A DNA stretch of 39,014 nt from an uncultured Candidatus Saccharibacteria bacterium. GTDB lineage: Bacteria > Patescibacteriota > Minisyncoccia > Phycocordibacterales > CAIZIN01. A program made the position numbers and the translations under genes. The notes under the pieces were generated by a model. The model saw only the letters and a program-made list of their open reading frames with translations. It did not search any database and was not told the DNA's origin. Of this stretch, positions 18,224 to 25,109 are shown one piece after another (positions within the stretch are counted from its first letter, which is position 1; every line of letters starts with the position of its first letter). The stretch spans positions 1 through 39,014 of the forward strand of contig CAYZZT010000003.1 in NCBI GenBank assembly GCA_964483025.1, written 5' to 3'.

Positions 18224-18325
18224 TATTTTTTTTAGTTCATTTTCGAAAATCCCTCTGAACAACCAGGTTTTCCACATATAATAAAAAAGCGAACCACCTA
18301 GGTAGTTCGCTGTTGTTGTCGATTT

Positions 18326-19366
18326 TCACCAGTCGAGATCCGGCTCGCATTTGATGTTCCAAAGATCTTCTTTGGGAAAACTCCGGATCATTTCGCCAAG
18401 CCCAGTGTTCATAATACTCTTGGAACACAAAATACCACTTTCGTTCCTTAGTCTTATGACCTCATCGTCTGTGAGTAGAGCAACACCGAGCCATGCCGGA
18501 ATCATTTCGCTTCTTTCTAAGAAGTCATAAATCGGGTCGAGGAAGCCACTAACGTCCTGAATTACGATCTTTTCATACTCCTTATACATTAACCTTCTCA
18601 AATTTTTGAATTTTCGAGCTGGTTCAGAAGAATTAAACGAAACATAGCCGGCTTCAGCAGACTCTTCGCAAAGGGCAACTATGGTCCTGAAAGTTCGGTC
18701 TCGTTGGTTTATTCCAAACCAATCCATTTGCTCGGAGAGTTCAGCACTACAAACCCAGTCAAGTCGCCGAAAATCATTGTAGTCAGCAAAGAGGTAGGCA
18801 ATCTTGTCAGAATTATTAATTACCCAAGCCTCTTGTGACATATTTGGCTTTGCATTGGCTCCAGAGTGACCGTGCATTGCTTCAAGGGTTTGATATGTGC
18901 AGTTCATGCCCATGCCAAGCCTCTCAATATGCTGGGCAATAACCACACCCATTGTTTCGTGAGTAAAATTTGCACCAACTCTTTGTTGAATATAATGCTC
19001 TCCCTGGTGACCAAAAGGAACGTGTCCAGTATCATGACCTGTTGAACCTGAAAGCCCGAGTCCAACATTCAGGCCTAAATGGTCTGTGATTTGGGTGGTA
19101 ATTCCTGACACCTCATTGGTGTGGGTTGCCCTATCTCTAACATGTGGACGGTTCGGGCCAGATGCAACTTGATTTTTGTGACCCATCCTTCTGTGTGCTT
19201 TGGAGGCTACAATGTCAGAATAGTCTCTAAGAAACGGATCACCTACAGCTTGAAAATCTAATTCTCGTTTATATCTCCTTCGGTATTCTGTGGTTTTCAA
19301 TTCACAGAGTGCCCCTTTTGTTGCTATGTAGCGAGCAAGCAGGTCTTTGTCTGATATATCTCTCAT
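18326..19366 (-). CDS. dGTPase-like HD-domain dNTP triphosphohydrolase
   Basis: RD...I..SKAHRRMGHKNQV, RATHTNEV, GHDTGHVPFGHQGE, SDKIAY; terminator hairpin ~18288-18311. Confidence 0.88.
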   Translation of the reverse strand: MRDISDKDLLARYIATKGALCELKTTEYRRRYKRELDFQAVGDPFLRDYSDIVASKAHRRMGHKNQVASGPNRPHVRDRATHTNEVSGITTQITDHLGLNVGLGLSGSTGHDTGHVPFGHQGEHYIQQRVGANFTHETMGVVIAQHIERLGMGMNCTYQTLEAMHGHSGANAKPNMSQEAWVINNSDKIAYLFADYNDFRRLDWVCSAELSEQMDWFGINQRDRTFRTIVALCEESAEAGYVSFNSSEPARKFKNLRRLMYKEYEKIVIQDVSGFLDPIYDFLERSEMIPAWLGVALLTDDEVIRLRNESGILCSKSIMNTGLGEMIRSFPKEDLWNIKCEPDLDW

Positions 19367-19484
19367 TTTGTACTCCTTTTTTGTTGTTGTTGAACTGTTT
19401 ACTAAACATCATACAATCATATTGAGATAAAAAGTCAAATAATTTTGGTATTAACAAAATTTTTAAATATGGTAACATTGGAGT

Positions 19485-19559
19485 GGGCAAGTAACAACAG
19501 GCGGCGATGTACATCTTGGCAACTTGATGGACACAGGTTCGATCCCTGAAACTGGACCG
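19485..19559 (+). pseudogene. degenerate tRNA / tRNA-like domain (possibly Cys-derived)
   Basis: CAGG-TTCGATC-CCTG T arm, CATC/GATG anticodon stem with an enlarged loop containing GCA, 3-bp D stem with GG, acceptor GGGCAAG/CTGGACC pairing 5 of 7. Confidence 0.6.
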
Positions 19560-19578
19560 ATATAAGTTTTTTTGTACT

Positions 19579-19646
19579 CAGAATAAGTGGGAGACTTGGA
19601 AGTACTTTTTCCGGAGAGTGTGGAGTCACCAGTGAGATACCACCTG
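19579..19646 (+). ncRNA. isolated 23S rRNA L1-stalk-like (H76-H78) RNA domain
   Basis: AGAATAAGTGGGAGACTTGGAAG..hairpin..TGGAGTCACCAGTGAGATACCAC aligns with the recalled 23S pattern AGGATAGGTGGGAGGCTTTGAAG..TGGAGCCGACCTTGAAATACCAC with pairings preserved. Confidence 0.75.
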
Positions 19647-19674
19647 CTTATAAACAAATTGAGGTTTGTTGCCT

Positions 19675-19710
19675 AAGGGCTACCATTTTCGCGGTAGCCC
19701 TTCCTTTGTT
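19675..19710 (+). terminator. intrinsic terminator after the tRNA-like/L1-stalk RNA
   Basis: 10-bp stem AAGGGCTACC/GGTAGCCCTT followed by CCTTTGTT. Confidence 0.65.
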
Positions 19711-19780
19711 GCGTATATTTATATAATGTGGTATAAATTTTGTGGATTAAGAATAGAAACAACCAGCCCAAAAAACACAT

Positions 19781-20170
19781 ATGAAGACGTTTATGAAAAG
19801 GATTCTGAATACCGTTGTCACTGCCCCCATTTTTCTCTTTATTATATATTTTATTGGGGAAACAATCCTCTCAAATATTTTCTGGTTTTTGGAATTTGAA
19901 AGACCAAGTTTTCAGAACCTCAATGCTGTCGGTGCTCTATCTCTTGGAGTGACTTTCTTCGTTTTACTCGTTCTCGGAATAATCTTCTGTGGATTTTGTA
20001 TCCTAGAGATTTTAATTACTGGGAATGGTCTTCTTTGGAAGAGGATTGAGGAAGAAGATTTTGAGCATCCAATAAATAGAAAAATTTTCAACGTCCGTAA
20101 TACGAACAAATTTATTTGGAGACTCGACCCTGTTTTCAAGGGTCGAAGACCGATATATCCTTTCGTTTAG
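19781..20170 (+). CDS. hypothetical membrane protein (2 TM)
   Basis: 129-aa ORF; terminator CCCCCGCTTG-AGTA-CAAGCGGGGG at 20178-20201. Confidence 0.65.
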   Translation: MKTFMKRILNTVVTAPIFLFIIYFIGETILSNIFWFLEFERPSFQNLNAVGALSLGVTFFVLLVLGIIFCGFCILEILITGNGLLWKRIEEEDFEHPINRKIFNVRNTNKFIWRLDPVFKGRRPIYPFV

Positions 20171-20211
20171 TATTTTTCCCCCGCTTGAGTACAAGCGGGG
20201 GATTTTATTTT

Positions 20212-20431
20212 GCGGTGTTTGTTGGACAAAGTTCGAAACTATTTCGAGCAAAATCCAAATGATTAAAACTAATAAAATGGACTCGGCAGGGCGAAACAAT
20301 TTGTCTGGGGTTTCGGATTCGCCCTGCCTCGACTGATTTCCCGCCCGCAGGAGGGGTCTGGGGAGGAATGCGGGCGGGATTCGGACTGGGCGTTTTCGGA
20401 AAAAATTTTTGTGCCAGTGAAACTGGCGCGC
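20212..20431. repeat. 220-bp inverted repeat A (partner 22390-22609)
   Basis: Reverse-complement identity by eye across the whole length. Confidence 0.95.
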
Positions 20432-20434
20432 CAC

Positions 20435-22063
20435 CTAAGATTTCTTCTCTACTATTCTATCAGTAACATCTTTTTCTGGATAATACGGATATATTTTTTC
20501 TAAAATCAATCTTTCAATTTTTTTCAATTCTTGCTCTGATTTTGGTTTTTCTAATTCCGTATTAACTTCGTGGGCTAACTCATCGTATTCCGATTCTGGA
20601 ATATTGTTTTGTTTAAATCCACAATTTTTCATCAAATCCAAAATCAGATTTCCTTTTAGGGTTTTATTTTCATTTGCTCTTAGAATGCCATTGAAAAATT
20701 TATTAACCATTTCTCTGTCTTCAACAACAATTTTGTCTGATTTTCCTGCAACAAAATCGTCAATCGATTCTTTTATTTTTTTAACAATACGCCCATTGCC
20801 CTGCAATCCAGTCCTTTCTGAAACTCGTATGAGTGAAGTTATTGTATAGTCGTAATTCTTAGCTACTTGTCCGCGCAACTCCTCAACATTTTTTCCAAAT
20901 CGTATATCTTCGCCTCCCGCTATTCTGGGCATACCATTAACCATTGCCCAAGCTTTTGCCGTTACGGCCATATTTGCGCCCGCTTGCAATGCCCCTTCTT
21001 TTTGAAACTTGAAATTTGGTTCACCAGAATAATCTTCTTTGGGGCCATCTTTGCCCATGTAAATATCAAAAGCTTTTTTCATCAACTCCTGATTGGGCAA
21101 TGAGGGATCAATTTCAAACTCTAAATTACCAGAAACCCCGTTGATTTTATGTTGTTCAAATGATTGAATTAACGACTTTATAAAATTGCGGGAAAATGTG
21201 CAGTCGCAATCAGTAATTGCTATCGCACCCTCAGTATTACCAGAAGATGTCATAAATCTATCAACAATTTCCGCGCCAGCTCTATCTCTTGCGACACCAA
21301 CATTATTTTCCTCCTCTGAAGTATTGGGTGAAGATTTATCAATTACATTTATTTTAATTTGTGATTTTTTTATTTTTTCTATTTGTTCAATCTGTTCTTC
21401 CGTTAAATTCTTTGGCGCATCTTCAGATTCACCATTTATAAATTTTATTAAATTTATTGCCTCTTGATTTGCCAAAAAAGCAGTGGACTTTTGATCTGCG
21501 TCCGTTCTGCGGTTATTAACAACTAAATCAATCTCAAATAAACTGGAATCTACTTCTTCTTGCTCAGCCAATGAAGACAAAGAACTCAATATATCTGAAG
21601 CACTTTCGTTATAGGCAGGAATCATAACCGCAACCTTGCAATCTCGGTTCATTGGCCGCGAAATGAACGATTCTGGTTTTTCACTCACCAAAGTTCGATT
21701 AAGATATTCTAAAATATTTTTCTCTGCCATAAGGCGATCATAATTTTCGTTTTCTTTTTGCGCTCGTTCTATTGTCGAATCCACCATATTTTGATGAATT
21801 TTTGTTTTTGATTCTTCAGATAACGGTTGACCCAAACCAGATTCAAGCTTGCTTAATTCAGTTTGATATTCTTCTTCTCTTGCTTTTTGGATTTCCACTA
21901 TTTCTCCCTCAGATTTTGGTGAATAATTAAAACTACCTAATTGTTGGTCAATTAAATTTATCCGCTCTACTCTTTGCTGTTCGGGTGTTATCTTTTTTTC
22001 ACCTTCAGCAACAGTATGCTCCATTTCGGTTTTTGGTTGATTTTGTTCTTCCGTATTATTCAT
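20435..22063 (-). CDS. family 2 glycosyltransferase with a ~140-aa E/K/Q-rich N-terminal extension
   Basis: VMIPAYNE, GVARD, ITDCDC (DxD), GANMAV, GGED, SER. Confidence 0.85.
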   Translation of the reverse strand: MNNTEEQNQPKTEMEHTVAEGEKKITPEQQRVERINLIDQQLGSFNYSPKSEGEIVEIQKAREEEYQTELSKLESGLGQPLSEESKTKIHQNMVDSTIERAQKENENYDRLMAEKNILEYLNRTLVSEKPESFISRPMNRDCKVAVMIPAYNESASDILSSLSSLAEQEEVDSSLFEIDLVVNNRRTDADQKSTAFLANQEAINLIKFINGESEDAPKNLTEEQIEQIEKIKKSQIKINVIDKSSPNTSEEENNVGVARDRAGAEIVDRFMTSSGNTEGAIAITDCDCTFSRNFIKSLIQSFEQHKINGVSGNLEFEIDPSLPNQELMKKAFDIYMGKDGPKEDYSGEPNFKFQKEGALQAGANMAVTAKAWAMVNGMPRIAGGEDIRFGKNVEELRGQVAKNYDYTITSLIRVSERTGLQGNGRIVKKIKESIDDFVAGKSDKIVVEDREMVNKFFNGILRANENKTLKGNLILDLMKNCGFKQNNIPESEYDELAHEVNTELEKPKSEQELKKIERLILEKIYPYYPEKDVTDRIVEKKS

Positions 22064-22069
22064 AGTTTA

Positions 22070-22276
22070 TCATTTTAATAAATCATCAACTGAAACATCT
22101 AACGCTTTGGCTATTTTCTGTAAAGTATCGATTGTGGGATTAGTAATTCCACTTGTTTCAATTTTGATAATTGAATTATAAGAAACATCGGCTAATTTTG
22201 AGAGCCGATCTTGAGACAAGCCTTTGGCTTGTCTCAGTTTCTTTATGTTCTTGCTGATTTTATTCTCTTGTGCCAT
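22070..22276 (-). CDS. XRE-family HTH transcriptional regulator
   Basis: IKKLRQAKGLSQDRLSKLADVS...IE...NPTIDTLQKIAKALDV. Confidence 0.95.
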   Translation of the reverse strand: MAQENKISKNIKKLRQAKGLSQDRLSKLADVSYNSIIKIETSGITNPTIDTLQKIAKALDVSVDDLLK

Positions 22277-22389
22277 ACTTGTATTATAATACTATTATTG
22301 ATAGAATAAAGTTATGCGAACTTATATTGAAATCATATTATTAGAATACATCTTTTCTTTAATTTTAACAAGGAAATTTTGTTTATTGT

Positions 22390-22725
22390 GCGCGCCAGTT
22401 TCACTGGCACAAAAATTTTTTCCGAAAACGCCCAGTCCGAATCCCGCCCGCATTCCTCCCCAGACCCCTCCTGCGGGCGGGAAATCAGTCGAGGCAGGGC
22501 GAATCCGAAACCCCAGACAAATTGTTTCGCCCTGCCGAGTCCATTTTATTAGTTTTAATCATTTGGATTTTGCTCGAAATAGTTTCGAACTTTGTCCAAC
22601 AAACACCGCCAAAATTGAAAATCGGAATCGGAAGCAAAAATGCGGTCGGCGCGAAGCGCCGTCTGTTCTGAATTCCCCCCAAAAAATCCTGATTCTGAAA
22701 GGGTTCGCCACGCTCCGCGTGGCTC
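22390..22725 (-). repeat. 336-bp internal inverted copy of the reconstructed attP (A arm 22390-22609 plus B arm 22606-22725)
   Basis: Equals the reverse complement of 24127-24246 joined to 20216-20431. Confidence 0.9.
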
Positions 22726-22746
22726 CTCGTTTGCCAATACAATTCT

Positions 22747-24396
22747 ATGAATAATCAAACCAAAAAGTTTTTCATTTATACTCGCAAGTCTACGGACGAC
22801 AAAGACAGACAAGTCCGCAGTATTTCTGACCAATTAGCGGAATTGAAAAGTTTAGCGTTGAAAGAACAAATTGATGTTGTTGATGTCTTTGTCGAAAAGC
22901 AGACCGCCAAAATACCAGGTCGCCCTGTGTTTAACGAAATGATGTTGAGAATGGAAGCGGGCGAAGCGTCTGGTATTTTGGCGTGGCATCCCGATAGACT
23001 TGCGAGAAATAGTGTTGATGGTGGAAAAATTATTTATCTCGTTGATACTGGCGTAATCGTAGAAATGAAATTTCCAACTTTTTGGTTTGATCCGACACCG
23101 CAAGGAAAATTCATGCTTTCAATCGCTTTTTCGCAATCCAAGTATTATGTGGACAATTTGAGTGAAAATATAAAGCGAGGTCATCGCAACAAAGTGAAAG
23201 ACGGAATATGGCCTCAAATGGCTCCGCTTGGATATGTAAACAAAAATAGAAAGATTATCCCCGATGAAAATATCGCACCATTAATCAAGAAAACATTTGA
23301 GGCATATTCAACTGGGTCTTTCACTTTGCGACAACTCCGCGACAAATTTAATGAACTTGGATTGAAACGAAAAAGCGGAAAGGAACTTGCGGTGTCGAAT
23401 TATCAAAAACTTTTGAAAAATCCGATTTACACTGGTTTGATGTTGTATAACGGCGAAATACACGAAGGTATACACGAACCGATTATCACAAAGAAACTTT
23501 TTGATTCCGTTCAAGAAGTGATGATGAGAAAATCTAAACCTCACTCCAAAGGTCTAAAACCATTTTTGTATAGAGGATTTTTCCGTTGCGGAGAATGTGG
23601 CTGTTTCATTACCACCGAAACACAAAAAGGTCATAACTATTTGCGATGTACAAAACGGAAAAATCCTTGCTCACAAAAATATACTCGTGAGGAAATCATC
23701 ACTTCCGAAATTCGAAAGGAAATCAAAAAAGTTTCTTTGCCAGACGATTGGGCTAAATGGATGTTAGCGGAAAACGAAAAAGATAAACTGGTAGAAGTCC
23801 AATCGTCTACGCTTTTTGCGGATAACACAAAGGCCGATATTTCTCTTTTGGATTCCAAAATTGAGAAGCTGATTAACGCATATTTGGAAGACGCTTTGTC
23901 GCTTGAAGAATATCGAGATATGAAAAACAAACTTGTGAACGAAAAACAGCTTCTCAAAGAGAAATTATCGGCTTTTGAGCAAAAAGCGAATAATCGGTTC
24001 GAACTTACTGAAAAGTTTTTGAAATACAATATGGAATTGGCAAACGAGGGAATAAATGAAGAGAAACTTCATTTATTCAAAAAAGTCGGTTCGAACTTTT
24101 TAATTGAAGCTCGAACCGTACTTTTTGAGCCACGCGGAGCGTGGCGAACCCTTTCAGAATCAGGATTTTTTGGGGGGAATTCAGAACAGACGGCGCTTCG
24201 CGCCGACCGCATTTTTGCTTCCGATTCCGATTTTCAATTTTGGCGGAGGGGACGAGATTCGAACTCGTGGTACTCTTTCGAGCACGCCACCTTTCCAAGG
24301 TGGTACATTCAACCGCTCTGCCACCCCTCCGTTTTTTTAGCATGGATTGCCGATCAAGTCGGCAATGACAAACTTGTGGATATTCTTAATTCATAA
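22747..24396 (+). CDS. large serine recombinase (resolvase, recombinase, Zn-ribbon, coiled coil)
   Basis: YTRKST catalytic Ser, GRPVF, DRLARN, APLGY, NPIYTG, HEPII, CGECG..C..C; the frame runs antisense through tRNA-Ser. Confidence 0.95.
   Translation: MNNQTKKFFIYTRKSTDDKDRQVRSISDQLAELKSLALKEQIDVVDVFVEKQTAKIPGRPVFNEMMLRMEAGEASGILAWHPDRLARNSVDGGKIIYLVDTGVIVEMKFPTFWFDPTPQGKFMLSIAFSQSKYYVDNLSENIKRGHRNKVKDGIWPQMAPLGYVNKNRKIIPDENIAPLIKKTFEAYSTGSFTLRQLRDKFNELGLKRKSGKELAVSNYQKLLKNPIYTGLMLYNGEIHEGIHEPIITKKLFDSVQEVMMRKSKPHSKGLKPFLYRGFFRCGECGCFITTETQKGHNYLRCTKRKNPCSQKYTREEIITSEIRKEIKKVSLPDDWAKWMLAENEKDKLVEVQSSTLFADNTKADISLLDSKIEKLINAYLEDALSLEEYRDMKNKLVNEKQLLKEKLSAFEQKANNRFELTEKFLKYNMELANEGINEEKLHLFKKVGSNFLIEARTVLFEPRGAWRTLSESGFFGGNSEQTALRADRIFASDSDFQFWRRGRDSNSWYSFEHATFPRWYIQPLCHPSVFLAWIADQVGNDKLVDILNS
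24127..24246. repeat. 120-bp inverted repeat B (partner 22606-22725)
   Basis: Reverse-complement identity; lies inside the recombinase CDS. Confidence 0.95.
24241..24330 (-). tRNA. tRNA-Ser(GGA)
   Basis: GGAGGGG/CCCCTCC acceptor, CCACC-TTGGAAA-GGTGG, long variable arm, TTCGAAT, G73, CCA. Confidence 0.96.
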
Positions 24397-24436
24397 TTCT
24401 TAATTCTTAATTCCATCCATGCTATAATATACGTAC

Positions 24437-24934
24437 TTGAAACCAATATCAACTCAAAAAATTCTTTTAGCATTTATTAAAGGAACTGTCATTATAGTTG
24501 TCGTCTTGTGTATTGTGTGGCTTTGGTTTTTTGCAAAAACATATTTGTCATATTCTTCATATCAAAAAGAAAAAATTCTCATTAAAAACGCTATTTTTGT
24601 GGGGTATGTAGTAGATACTCCAGAAAAAAGAACTGAAGGGCTCAGTAATAAAGCTTTTTTACCCTCAAATACGTCTATGCTTTTTGAATTTGATAAGCCA
24701 GAAATACAGGGAATATGGATGAAAGATATGCTTTTCCCAATTGATATTATTTGGCTTGATGAAAACAAAAAAATAGTAAATTTAGTTTCTAATGCAGAAC
24801 CAGAATCTTATCCCCATGTTTTTTATTCTCCCAAAAAATCTTTATATATTTTAGAGGTCAGATCTGGACTTATTAAAGATAAAAATTTGAGACTTGGTGA
24901 TGAAATTTTGTTAGATCAAGAGGAATTGAAGTAA
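24437..24934 (+). CDS. DUF192 domain protein
   Basis: N-terminal TM, DTPEKRTEGLS, MLFEF, IWMKDMLFPIDIIWLD, YILEV. Confidence 0.9.
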   Translation: MKPISTQKILLAFIKGTVIIVVVLCIVWLWFFAKTYLSYSSYQKEKILIKNAIFVGYVVDTPEKRTEGLSNKAFLPSNTSMLFEFDKPEIQGIWMKDMLFPIDIIWLDENKKIVNLVSNAEPESYPHVFYSPKKSLYILEVRSGLIKDKNLRLGDEILLDQEELK

Positions 24935-25109
24935 AATTTTATTATTAGGGTGAGATATATAGGTTTTTTAAACGCTCTTTTGGCGAAGTGCTTTACAGTC
25001 GCCTTTGAATGTATTTTGACTAGTTATCCACTTTTAATATTTTGCTAATTAGGAGTACAATGGGTAGACAAAATATTTATTAATTTTATCAGTAGCTAAT
25101 TACATAAGC

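Larger units (their letters stand above)
20212..24246. mobile_element. integrative element with a large serine recombinase, inserted at the tRNA-Ser 3' end (GCGG core)
   Basis: GCGG at 20212-20215 and 24243-24246; both ends recur, joined and inverted, at 22390-22725; encodes the recombinase, an XRE regulator and a GT2. Confidence 0.88.

Noticed and set aside
19485-19559. Functional tRNA or tmRNA
   Set aside because: Two acceptor mismatches, an irregular anticodon loop, extra bases after the T arm; no tmRNA tag frame or Ala acceptor identity
19579-19646. Part of a true rRNA operon, or an rplK-rplA leader
   Set aside because: No flanking 23S sequence and no ribosomal protein gene downstream
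22314-22833. ORFs of 146, 85 and 92 aa (and 20012-20434, 24077-24368)
   Set aside because: They lie in the GC-rich inverted repeats; only the alternative recombinase tail is considered meaningful
20212-24246. Prophage
   Set aside because: No structural, packaging or replication genes; only a recombinase, an XRE regulator and a GT2
24950-25080. NrdR boxes and a DnaA box (TTATCCACT) upstream of nrdJ
   Set aside because: Only partial matches in AT-rich DNA; cannot be supported by eye
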